Shown piece by piece: positions 19,349 through 27,920 of a DNA stretch of 64,000 nucleotides. The stretch comes from Candidatus Omnitrophota bacterium. GTDB taxonomy: Bacteria; Omnitrophota; Gorgyraeia; Gorgyraeales; Gorgyraeaceae. Where the stretch lies: the NCBI GenBank assembly GCA_041653835.1, contig JBAZEP010000002.1, positions 19,061-83,060 of the forward strand. Direction: 5' to 3'. The notes under the pieces were generated by a model, which made no database searches, was not told where the DNA came from, and was given only the letters and a program-made list of their open reading frames with translations. The translations under genes were made by a program, and so were the position numbers. Each line of letters starts with the position of its first letter. Position 1 is the first letter of the stretch.

Positions 19349-19825
19349 TTACTTCGGCCTTACGATAAATTCTTTCCCCATATACAATAAATGAATGCCG
19401 TCTTTTTTGATTTCCTTGATCTCAACCGGTCCGCCGGCCGTATTAATGATATCTTTTACATCATATACCTTGTTATTTATGATAGCCTGGGGCCTTGAAC
19501 TCCTCCATACCATGCCCTGGAACTGCATATCGGGAAGCAAAACAATTTCCTCCGACCCCGCTTCCACTTTTTCATCAAAAGGACCTTTAAAAGGTATTTT
19601 GCCGTCTTCTATGTTATAAGATACCACATCCTCTTTTTTAGGGACATTGGCCTCCAGTATCTCAACCTCTTTCCACTTCTCCTTAAATTCTTTTCTGGAA
19701 AAAACCTCGTCATTTTTATCGCTTTTTTTAAATCTGGTTATACCTATAATAAGGGCGACACTTACCAGCGCCCCTATCGCTAGATACTCTATCATATGCT
19801 GTTTCTTGGAAAGAAATTCCGCCAT
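19349..19825 (-). CDS. PilP-like inner-membrane pilus assembly protein
   Basis: N-terminal TM anchor, about 150 aa, position between pilO and pilQ. Confidence 0.5.
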   Translation of the reverse strand: MAEFLSKKQHMIEYLAIGALVSVALIIGITRFKKSDKNDEVFSRKEFKEKWKEVEILEANVPKKEDVVSYNIEDGKIPFKGPFDEKVEAGSEEIVLLPDMQFQGMVWRSSRPQAIINNKVYDVKDIINTAGGPVEIKEIKKDGIHLLYMGKEFIVRPK

Positions 19826-19828
19826 AAA

Positions 19829-20389
19829 TTATTCCTTCGGCACTATCGTGCTTATGACTATGTTAGCCTTGACGTCAAACGCCCTGAATTTCCCAGAACC
19901 ATTCTCGAATTTATCATCAAGGTCCATTCTTTTTACATTAACGCTTTCCACCTTCATGAATTTTTCCGAAGATTCTATAGCCGCGATAAACCTGCCGAAT
20001 TGATTGTAATTCGAAGTTATGTCGACTATAACGAATAATTTGGTATATAACCCGTAATCTTCCGGGTTACCGGGCTTTATAGAGGATATCTCTATATTTT
20101 CTTTCGATGCCATGCCGGATATCTCGCCCAAAAGCCACGAAACCCCCGTACCTTGATGTATTCTCTTGTCATAGACTTTAAGGTGTTTGCCCAGCGCTTT
20201 TATTTTGCCTATCAGCACATTCCTGTCCCTTTCTTTCAATATATCCGTCCTTATGGATTTATTTCTTTCCGAGAAAGGCATATAGATAAACACGATGCTC
20301 ACAGTCAACGCCGCGGCTATCATCACGACGTTAAATATGACAAGCTTGTTCCAGTTTTTTTTCTCCACATCTATCTTTTTTATTTTCAT
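19829..20389 (-). CDS. PilO-like pilus assembly protein
   Basis: Single N-terminal TM helix, coiled-coil then periplasmic domain, gene order after pilM/N. Confidence 0.6.
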   Translation of the reverse strand: MKIKKIDVEKKNWNKLVIFNVVMIAAALTVSIVFIYMPFSERNKSIRTDILKERDRNVLIGKIKALGKHLKVYDKRIHQGTGVSWLLGEISGMASKENIEISSIKPGNPEDYGLYTKLFVIVDITSNYNQFGRFIAAIESSEKFMKVESVNVKRMDLDDKFENGSGKFRAFDVKANIVISTIVPKE

Positions 20390-20391
20390 AT

Positions 20392-22008
20392 CTATGGCCC
20401 TATTAATGATACCTCGAAACTCGAGACCTTCGCACCTTTGATCTCCGTCCTTTTGACGGATACTATGTCAGCCCTTGACATGCCGTTATTGACCCTGCTT
20501 TTTTTCAGGCCGCTTAAAAAAGTATTTACGATATCTTTATCGCCAGCTTTTTCATCTGTCACGTAATACCCTTTTATATTAAGGTACCGCGTAATCCTGG
20601 AAGTATTTTTCTTATCTATTTTTTCTTCAAAACTGATCTCGCTTAACCACATATTCTGAGGCAGTACCTTCACCACATCCTCCAGCCTGAATGTCAAATA
20701 TGTCCTGCTGGAGATAAGGTTTTCCAATATCTGTTTCCTTTTCTCCATCTCATTCTTAACCTTTTCCAGGTCCGGGATGTTGTCATTTTTTATATTTACC
20801 TCGGCCTTGGGCCTTTCGGATAGGGTCTTATTCAATTCTCCGGTAAGAGGAGCGACTGCCCTTATGGCGAATATCTTCAGGACTATCAATAAAAACACCG
20901 CTGCCGACGCTTCAAGGAAAGCCATCCTGAGAAACAATTCCTTCTTCTTATAAATCATCATTTTTTCTTTACATAAATTTATGTCTATAAACGGTTCCGC
21001 CAGGCCCCTGAGCGCCAGGCCGAAGCACACCGCCGCTCTCGCCGGCACAACGCCTGATTTAACCCTTATCCCACGCAAGGGGTCACCCGTCTCCACGGGT
21101 ATCTGCAGTTCCTTGCCTACTATTTCATGCCAGTTTTCCAGAGGCAGTTTACTGTATATGATTATCTTATCGATCACTTCACTGGGGAATTGTTTTTCAT
21201 AAAAATCAAAGGAAAGTTTTATCTCCGCCAGTATCTTTTCAAAAACGGGTTCGAACGACTTGCCTTCAGGCATAGCCTCGGAAATAGCTACATCTCTTAT
21301 TATATAAGGTACGCCGCTCCTGAGGATGCTTATATTAAGCGTATCGGTGTCTATATTGACTATGGCGGTATTGACTTTCGCGTCTATCTGTTGAGCGGCG
21401 TTGAAAGCCCTCATGAGACTGAAAGGCGCGGATTCTATTACAAGCGGCCTGAGCCCGGAGGCGGCAAGGATATTCATATATTGTTCTATGGTATCTTTTT
21501 TAACCGCTACAAAGACCACATCCGTGACATTCGGCGTGGTTTTATTCGCCAATACCTGGAAATCCGAAACTACATCTTCCATGCGGAAAGGTATGTGCCG
21601 CTTTGCTTCGAAATTAACAGCCGCTATTCTTTCCTGTTTCGGGATCTTCGGCATCTGAAAATAACGTACCATGATCTCTTCGCTTGGTATAGCCGTTATC
21701 ACATCGCCTGGTTTCTCATTATTTTCCCGGAAAACTTTTTTTATGGCTTCTATTATATAATCTTCTCTTGTCTTGGGCTTGGTTGACGAATCATCGCGGC
21801 TGACAGACGCGATCCCCGCCTGGGACTCCGGCACGACTTCTCCCTCTTGCCTGGCATCTTTGGAAGGATAGATAGGCGTCTGTCCGAATTTAACGAGCTT
21901 GGGCCCGGCAATGCTTGATTTAAGCACTACCAGGTCTACGGTGTCCTGGCTCACGTAAAGCCCGACTACCTTTTTGGCGTTAAATATAGACAATATGTTT
22001 TTATCCAT
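20392..22008 (-). CDS. PilM-PilN fusion protein (actin-like ATPase fold plus TM PilN-like C-terminal domain)
   Basis: About 350 aa PilM-like N-terminal region then a hydrophobic segment (AFLEASAAVFLLIVLKIFAI) and a 170 aa C-terminal domain; 538 aa total. Confidence 0.65.
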   Translation of the reverse strand: MDKNILSIFNAKKVVGLYVSQDTVDLVVLKSSIAGPKLVKFGQTPIYPSKDARQEGEVVPESQAGIASVSRDDSSTKPKTREDYIIEAIKKVFRENNEKPGDVITAIPSEEIMVRYFQMPKIPKQERIAAVNFEAKRHIPFRMEDVVSDFQVLANKTTPNVTDVVFVAVKKDTIEQYMNILAASGLRPLVIESAPFSLMRAFNAAQQIDAKVNTAIVNIDTDTLNISILRSGVPYIIRDVAISEAMPEGKSFEPVFEKILAEIKLSFDFYEKQFPSEVIDKIIIYSKLPLENWHEIVGKELQIPVETGDPLRGIRVKSGVVPARAAVCFGLALRGLAEPFIDINLCKEKMMIYKKKELFLRMAFLEASAAVFLLIVLKIFAIRAVAPLTGELNKTLSERPKAEVNIKNDNIPDLEKVKNEMEKRKQILENLISSRTYLTFRLEDVVKVLPQNMWLSEISFEEKIDKKNTSRITRYLNIKGYYVTDEKAGDKDIVNTFLSGLKKSRVNNGMSRADIVSVKRTEIKGAKVSSFEVSLIGP

Positions 22009-22208
22009 TATAAAGCCTGTTTAACTGTTTTAGATTTAGCCTCTACCATTTGAGAATTCAGCCATTCATCAACCGACTTCTTATCGAATCTCCAGACATG
22101 GCCTACCTTTATGCCGGAGATCTTCTTTTGATGAAGCCAATTGTAGATAGTCTGCTTCTCTAACTTAAGATACCTGGCTAATTCATCCGTATCCATGAGT
22201 CTTGACAT
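22008..22208 (-). CDS. Helix-turn-helix (excisionase/AlpA-like, HTH_17 family) DNA-binding protein
   Basis: 66 aa; TDELARYLKLEKQTIYNWLHQKKISGIKVGHVWRFDKKSVDEWL matches the excisionase-family HTH; stop overlaps the pilM-N start. Confidence 0.65.
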   Translation of the reverse strand: MSRLMDTDELARYLKLEKQTIYNWLHQKKISGIKVGHVWRFDKKSVDEWLNSQMVEAKSKTVKQAL

Positions 22209-22253
22209 TTATAACACCTCCTAATATACTTACTAATTTTATGGGTGAAACAA

Positions 22254-22282
22254 AATATACCATAAAGAACTTACTTTGTCAA
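22254..22282 (-). promoter_or_regulatory. Sigma-70-type promoter (TTGACA-17-TATATT) inside a 227 bp extremely AT-rich region, driving the HTH-pilMNOPQ genes
   Basis: Minus-strand read cTTGACAaagtaagttctttatggTATATT ... GGAGGTGttataaATG. Confidence 0.55.
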
Positions 22283-22435
22283 GGAAGGGTAAAGAGGCTG
22301 TAAGTTGTTAATTAATATAACTATTTTAAAATAAATAACTTATATAAAAAAATAATATGATGAAAAAATAAAGGAAAAATACATAAAATTTCATATATTT
22401 TTCCTTAACTTATTTAAATATAAATAGTTATATAA

Positions 22436-22768
22436 TTATGGCGCTGATATTTTTTGGTATTCCGCCTTGGAGGTTATTGTATATCTGCCTGAAACAGGCC
22501 CTGATATAGTTATTACGACATCAGTGCCCCCCACAGTAATAGTGCTTCCGCTATAGCCCGGTTCATCGGTATTTGGCCCAAGCTTCCAATATGCGTAATT
22601 GATACCTGCTTCTGCCGAAACCATAGCCTTAAGCCTTTTTATTTGCCCTTCACATATGCTATTATAATTATAAGTTGTCAATAGCACCGCGATAGCTGCC
22701 GCGGATAACAGAAACAACAATGCCAGGCTTATGAAGATAGCTACACCTTTATTATTGTATATATTCAT
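22436..22768 (-). CDS. PilX N-terminal domain protein (minor pilus-associated)
   Basis: NKGVAIFISLALLFLLSAAAIAVL resembles the PilX_N motif (qrGvAL...). Confidence 0.5.
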   Translation of the reverse strand: MNIYNNKGVAIFISLALLFLLSAAAIAVLLTTYNYNSICEGQIKRLKAMVSAEAGINYAYWKLGPNTDEPGYSGSTITVGGTDVVITISGPVSGRYTITSKAEYQKISAP

Positions 22769-22804
22769 GATTATTTTCCACCTAATTTTTTTTATTGCAA
22801 TTAC

Positions 22805-23074
22805 TTATTGCAATTCTCCGACCAAAGACTCTACTGCCTCGGATATTAAATGCCATCTTTCCTGGCTGTGTATGGTATATTTCTGTTTCCTCTTCCACCC
22901 GGTGTCCGACTTTTGCCATAAATACATGCATAGGCGCCTGTTACCCCATGATTCAACCAAGACAACCGCGGACCACCACCCAAAGCCTCTGCTTATAGTC
23001 CTGTAATCGAGCACTTTAAGCGGGGGGCCTATAGGCAGCTTTTCTTCTTCATTGACCATTTTTTCGTCCGGCAT
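22805..23074 (-). CDS. Hypothetical protein (89 aa)
   Basis: ORF only; no recognisable motif. Confidence 0.3.
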   Translation of the reverse strand: MPDEKMVNEEEKLPIGPPLKVLDYRTISRGFGWWSAVVLVESWGNRRLCMYLWQKSDTGWKRKQKYTIHSQERWHLISEAVESLVGELQ

Positions 23075-23309
23075 GCGTATCCTCCTTTTTTTTGTTGTAA
23101 CTTCCGCACCTGGGACATTGAGATATATTAGCGTGCCTGCTGTCTACATATACATAAGTGCATATGGAACATTGCCACAAAAAATTTCTTTCAGAAAAAA
23201 ACCAGTCCGGCTCCTTTCTGCCCTTAAACGCGAGTATTGACAGCATAAGGCAGGTTGTCAAGATAAGATATAACGCAATTGCTAAAGAAAATTCAACCTT
23301 TATCATCAC
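23049..23309 (-). CDS. Membrane-anchored rubredoxin-like zinc-ribbon protein
   Basis: N-terminal TM helix then WQCSICTYVY...CPRCGSY (CxxC...CPxCG rubredoxin-type knuckles). Confidence 0.5.
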   Translation of the reverse strand: MMIKVEFSLAIALYLILTTCLMLSILAFKGRKEPDWFFSERNFLWQCSICTYVYVDSRHANISQCPRCGSYNKKKEDTHAGRKNGQ

Positions 23310-24010
23310 TTGAAGCTTACGCGCACAATCCCTTCTTGATTATCCTCCGCTTCGGGCGCAAATTGCCACTTTCTTATATATCTTACCGCTTCACGGTCTA
23401 TTTCCGGAAAACCGCTGGAAATGACGCATTCCGCGTACTTGACAAAACCATCCCTCGATATCATAAATTTTACCGTAGAACTGAAATCGGAACTGAAATC
23501 GGAAGGAAGCGTCACAACTTTTCCCATATCAGGTTTATACACTATTACCCTGTCCCTGGCATCCCCTTTTATAAAAAAACCGGAAAAATCAACCCTGGCA
23601 CTTTCTTTTCTGCGGTATATGTCTAAATTTAGCGGTTCGTAATTATCCTGCGGATAAAAAATGTCTTTTTTTTCCAGCCGTGTGTTTATAAAACCCGGTT
23701 CAACAGGTTCCGCTTTATTTATTTCATACGCAATAGAAGCGTTATCCGGCGTAAAAAGCTTTTTATTCCCGGGCGAGACATTTTCCAGGATGCCCCCCAG
23801 GAATGATATGGATCCGCCATATTCCTTTATGTTCCCGGCGGGCGCTACCGGATTAAATAAAAACATGCAAAAAAAGTGCCAAGACACTGAAATCAATATC
23901 GCCGTATTAAGGGTGCGGTCCTTGAATATATCCATAAGAATTGTCATTCTATTTCCCTGTCCGTAGCTATATTGATCTCTTTTATGCCGATTTCCCTGCA
24001 AAAATCCCAT
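23306..24010 (-). CDS. TonB/TolA-like energy-transducer protein
   Basis: N-terminal TM anchor, C-terminal domain, sits directly after exbB-exbD homologues. Confidence 0.5.
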   Translation of the reverse strand: MGFLQGNRHKRDQYSYGQGNRMTILMDIFKDRTLNTAILISVSWHFFCMFLFNPVAPAGNIKEYGGSISFLGGILENVSPGNKKLFTPDNASIAYEINKAEPVEPGFINTRLEKKDIFYPQDNYEPLNLDIYRRKESARVDFSGFFIKGDARDRVIVYKPDMGKVVTLPSDFSSDFSSTVKFMISRDGFVKYAECVISSGFPEIDREAVRYIRKWQFAPEAEDNQEGIVRVSFK

Positions 24011-24339
24011 ATATTGACTATTTTGCTCAAACTTACATTCCTGTCCGCCTTTATCAATACAGGTCCTGCGACAGCGGTTTCGAGTTTACTTTTAAGTTCG
24101 AGGAGAGTCGCCGGCGTATCGTTCAGGTAAAACCTGTTATCCGACGTAACGGTAATGATCAGCGGGTTTTCTCCCACGACCCCGCTGGTAACCGCCCTCG
24201 GGAGGCTTATCTTTATGCCGGGCTGGGAAATAAATCCCGGGGTTAATAAAAAAAATATCAAAAGCAAAAATACGCAATTTATCAGAGGTACCATATCCAG
24301 CCTGGTATCTCCTATATAAAGGCCGCTTTTGAATCTCAT
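23944..24339 (-). CDS. exbD: Biopolymer transport protein ExbD/TolR
   Basis: 131 aa, single TM (MVPLINCVFLLLIFFLLT), ExbD/TolR family. Confidence 0.8.
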   Translation of the reverse strand: MRFKSGLYIGDTRLDMVPLINCVFLLLIFFLLTPGFISQPGIKISLPRAVTSGVVGENPLIITVTSDNRFYLNDTPATLLELKSKLETAVAGPVLIKADRNVSLSKIVNIWDFCREIGIKEINIATDREIE

Positions 24340-24965
24340 TTATACCCTTCTATTCTTTGCGATAATATGTTTATAAGCTCGGCCGCGCTGCGCTCCATTT
24401 CAATTGTAAAATCCTGGACCCTGGACGCCAGATAATGATAGGCGGTTATGGTTGGGATAGCTACGATAAGCCCCGCGGCGGTTGTTAAAAGCGCTGTCCA
24501 TACGCCGCCTGCCAGGTCCAAAGTCCCGACAGGATTGGACGCGGCTGCTTTCAGCTGTATGATATTGAAAACCTTGATCATGCCGATAACCGTGCCCAAT
24601 ATACCCAGTAACGGCGATATATGCGCTATAGCGGCTAAAGTCTTTATATGTTTTTCAAGGCCCGGGATTTCCTGATGGCCCGCGTCTTCTATTGCTTCCC
24701 TGATCTCCTGCCTGGGCCTGTCATATTTCAATATCCCGGCCTTTATCACCCGGGCAGTCGGACCGGGTGTATCCTCGCATATCTTGACAGCTTCGGCGAT
24801 CTTGTTATATTTCAACGCGCCTTCTATATTATTCATAAAAGCCGCGCTATCTATCTTTATCCTGTAAAAATAGCTGATCCTCTCTATGACTATAGCCAGG
24901 GCTATTACGGAACACAATATAATAGGGTACATCACCGCCCCGCCTTTTTGTATGATATCGAACAT
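24336..24965 (-). CDS. exbB: MotA/TolQ/ExbB proton-channel protein
   Basis: 209 aa, 3 TM, conserved C-terminal TolQ/ExbB region. Confidence 0.8.
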   Translation of the reverse strand: MFDIIQKGGAVMYPIILCSVIALAIVIERISYFYRIKIDSAAFMNNIEGALKYNKIAEAVKICEDTPGPTARVIKAGILKYDRPRQEIREAIEDAGHQEIPGLEKHIKTLAAIAHISPLLGILGTVIGMIKVFNIIQLKAAASNPVGTLDLAGGVWTALLTTAAGLIVAIPTITAYHYLASRVQDFTIEMERSAAELINILSQRIEGYK

Positions 24966-25014
24966 CTTACGCTCCTTTTAACTTTAAACTTCAAACCTTA
25001 AACTTTAAAGCACC

Positions 25015-27465
25015 TTATCTATTCTCTTCTATTTTCCTGAGCCTTTCCTTCGCGAGCGCCGACTCTTTTACGTCCATCTCGGATATCTTTCTATACATTT
25101 TTCCAGCCTCTTCCATTTTACCCTGCTTTTCCATCAATTCGGCGCACAGGAGAAAAGCGTTCGCGACTATCTCGGTGGAATCCGGATATATGTACCCGAC
25201 TTTCATATATTCCGCGATAGCGTTATCTACATCCCCGGATTCTTCATAAAGCCGGCCTATGGTAAGCTGGATACCGGCGTTAAAATCCCCCCGCCTGTCA
25301 TCCAGGGAATTTTTATAATACCCAATAGCTTCCTGGATGTTGCCTTCTTTTTTCATGATATCCCCGAGATATTTGAAAGCCACTTTTACAAAATCAGTAT
25401 CCTTGTAGTCCTCCAAGAATTTTAAAAGCCTGGCTTTAGCTTCGCCATAATCTTTCTTTTTCATTAAAATATCCGCGATCTTAAGCTCTGCCGCGGGAAT
25501 AAGATCGCTGCCGCTATAAACCATTTTAAGGTTTTCGAGATAGGCCGCGCTTTTATCCAGTTCGCCTTTTTCATAAAAAATTATCGCGGTCCTGTAGACC
25601 GCGTCATCGCTGAGAGAATCTTCCGGGGACTCCTTGACCAGATTATCGAAATACTTTTCCGCTTTGTCAAAATCCTTTCTGTTAGCATAATACTCGCCCA
25701 GCCAGAACTTTACTTCTCCTGTCAATTCATCCTGGGGATACCGGGTTATATAGTCTTCGAATTGGTTAAGGGCTTTCTTATTATCCCCCATCCTGTAATA
25801 GCACCATCCTATTTCATATAACGCGCGTTTGGCAAGCTGGGTGCCGGACCTGTTTGACGCTATGCCCTGGAACACCTCTATCGCCTGTTTATATTCGGAG
25901 ATGTTATAAAAAGCCCCTGCCATCTGGAACTCGGCGTCATCCCTGTATTTTGTATTCTTGAACTTTTCAAGGAATGCCCTGAATTCACGGGCGGCGTCCT
26001 GAAAAGAGCCTTTCTTGAAATATGACGCCGCTACGCCGTAAGACGCGTCTTCGGCGTACCTGGAAGAGGGGTAATTTTTCAACAAACTGCCGAAAGCCAG
26101 TATCGCGCCTTCGTAACGTTCTGATTTGAATTGTATCCTGCCTATCTGGTATTGGGCATAATCCACATAACCGAATACGGCGTCGGGATTGACACTGGCC
26201 TCTTTTAAAACCATGTCATAAGCTTCCGACGCTTTTTCCAGCTGATTCAGCTGGAAATACGCGTCCCCCAGCCTGCAATACGAGCTTATCCTGTAAATAT
26301 CATCATTTGTTGTCTTGATGACCCTGCTGAACTCCTCTATCGCGTCATTATACCTGCCTGTTTTAAAATACAGCCAGCCGAGATTATACCTCATATCATC
26401 GGCATAGCCGGCGGGAGGGAATTTGTTTATTCCGTCTTTCAGCACCTCTATGCCGTCCTCGTATAAACCAAGATTATAAAGCGCTTCGGATTTGCCGAGA
26501 TATGCTTTCATTATTAAGGCGCTTTTGGGAAATTTTTCTATAATCTCGCTGAAACATTTTAAAGCGTCGTCAAATTTTTTCATTTTCATAAACGCCTGGG
26601 CCTTGCCTTCGAGCGCGGAATCCATGACATCGTAACTCTTTTTGAAATTCCCCAGACGGTCGAATTCCCTGGCAGCGTCCTCATACCGCTCTAATTTCAT
26701 ATAGCTCCACGCCATGTCGTATATAGCGTAAAAATCTATGTCATCCTCCGGAGCGATCTCGAGCGCTTTCTTGAACGCCTCCAGCGCGGCCTTGTAGTCA
26801 TTCTGGTAATAATGGTTTTCACCGGTATAAAAATAAGCGAGTTTGGCTTTTTTTATGTCTTTGGTCCTGGCGATGAGCCCCGCTAATCTTTCCCTGGATT
26901 CGTCGTATTTCTTAAGCCGGTAGAGTGTCTCCCCTATCTTCAATTCGGCATCTTCTTTTAATTCGTTCGCGGGATATTCGGATATAAAGGCTGAAAATTT
27001 ATTGATAGAATCCTGGTATTTTTTTTCTTCGTAGAGCGACCGCGCGTACGCGTATTTAACGTAAGGCGTGTAATTCGATTTTGGAAATTCCGCGAGAATG
27101 GAATCGTATATCTCCCTGGCCTTCTCGAAATCCCCGGTCCTGGAATATATCTCCGATTTCCAGTACATCGCCTCGTCCTTGGGCCCTGTCCACCCGGCGG
27201 AGTTTATCACGGCGTCCAGTTCTTTCATCGCGTCGGTGAACCTGTTAAGATACACATAGGACTCTCCCAGCAAAAGCCGCGCGTTATAAACATCCGTGTC
27301 AAAGGGATTTTCGGATAAAAATTTTTCGAACGCCTTGGCGGCTATTTCATAAAATCCGTCCTGGAAGGATTTCTTAGCCAGGCTGAGATCGGAATTTTCC
27401 CCGTATCCGGCCCCTGCCATCAATATGACAGCTATAATAATAAATATATATTTAATACATCTCAT
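25015..27465 (-). CDS. Large TPR-repeat protein with signal peptide; start at MRCIKYIF (27465), not the longer ORF
   Basis: Many TPR repeats; the ORF extension to 27618 runs through a palindromic noncoding element and lacks an RBS. Confidence 0.7.
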   Translation of the reverse strand: MRCIKYIFIIIAVILMAGAGYGENSDLSLAKKSFQDGFYEIAAKAFEKFLSENPFDTDVYNARLLLGESYVYLNRFTDAMKELDAVINSAGWTGPKDEAMYWKSEIYSRTGDFEKAREIYDSILAEFPKSNYTPYVKYAYARSLYEEKKYQDSINKFSAFISEYPANELKEDAELKIGETLYRLKKYDESRERLAGLIARTKDIKKAKLAYFYTGENHYYQNDYKAALEAFKKALEIAPEDDIDFYAIYDMAWSYMKLERYEDAAREFDRLGNFKKSYDVMDSALEGKAQAFMKMKKFDDALKCFSEIIEKFPKSALIMKAYLGKSEALYNLGLYEDGIEVLKDGINKFPPAGYADDMRYNLGWLYFKTGRYNDAIEEFSRVIKTTNDDIYRISSYCRLGDAYFQLNQLEKASEAYDMVLKEASVNPDAVFGYVDYAQYQIGRIQFKSERYEGAILAFGSLLKNYPSSRYAEDASYGVAASYFKKGSFQDAAREFRAFLEKFKNTKYRDDAEFQMAGAFYNISEYKQAIEVFQGIASNRSGTQLAKRALYEIGWCYYRMGDNKKALNQFEDYITRYPQDELTGEVKFWLGEYYANRKDFDKAEKYFDNLVKESPEDSLSDDAVYRTAIIFYEKGELDKSAAYLENLKMVYSGSDLIPAAELKIADILMKKKDYGEAKARLLKFLEDYKDTDFVKVAFKYLGDIMKKEGNIQEAIGYYKNSLDDRRGDFNAGIQLTIGRLYEESGDVDNAIAEYMKVGYIYPDSTEIVANAFLLCAELMEKQGKMEEAGKMYRKISEMDVKESALAKERLRKIEENR

Positions 27466-27528
27466 CTTGATTATAAATATAGCATTGAGCGGCTTAATGT
27501 TCAAGAGAAAAGTGAAAATATACAAATT

Positions 27529-27687
27529 CTCTTTTCCGGCTGGCAGGCTTTCGAAAAGACGCTTGACCGCCCCAGCGTGGCGGTCTACGCTCAGTGTTTC
27601 TTCTCGCTCGTCCGCCACAAAACGATGGCGGACACCATGCCCGCTCGAAGAAACAATGCTTTTCTCAAACCTGCCAGCCGGAAATAG
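27529..27687. repeat. Long palindromic structured element C (nested inverted repeats)
   Basis: Outer about 26 bp inverted repeat (ttttccggctggcaggctttcgaaaag / cttttctcaaacctgccagccggaaa), inner inverted repeat gtttcttctcgctcg/cgctcgaagaaac, two GC hairpins gaccgcc..ggcggtc and tccgcc..ggcgga. Confidence 0.6.
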
Positions 27688-27717
27688 CTACAGCTTTACA
27701 GTATATTATATGTCTCT

Positions 27718-27903
27718 GAGCCAGGTTGGGACATAAGGCACATTAGAAAAATTTCGGCATAATTTATTTTTTATTCTGCTAAGTGCGCAAGGAATTACGG
27801 CGAAGTTTTTATACCGTCAAGACTGCCTTCGGTATAAAAAATGAGCCGTAAACCGTAGCGCACGGCGAAATTATTTCAGTGCCGAATGGCCCCAACCTGG
27901 CTC
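27718..27903. repeat. Long-hairpin structured element, copy B (inverted relative to copy A)
   Basis: Outer inverted repeat gagccaggttggg/cccaacctggctc; core matches rc of 7800-7910 at about 90% with a compensatory C-G vs T-A stem change. Confidence 0.7.
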
Positions 27904-27920
27904 AATTAGAAACATATACA

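Noticed and set aside
27425-27736. Plus-strand ORF 27425..27736 and the 5' extension of the TPR gene to 27618 as coding sequence
   Set aside because: Both run through the nested palindromic element C and are artefacts of its symmetry. The TPR protein has a signal-peptide-like start at MRCIKYIF (27465).
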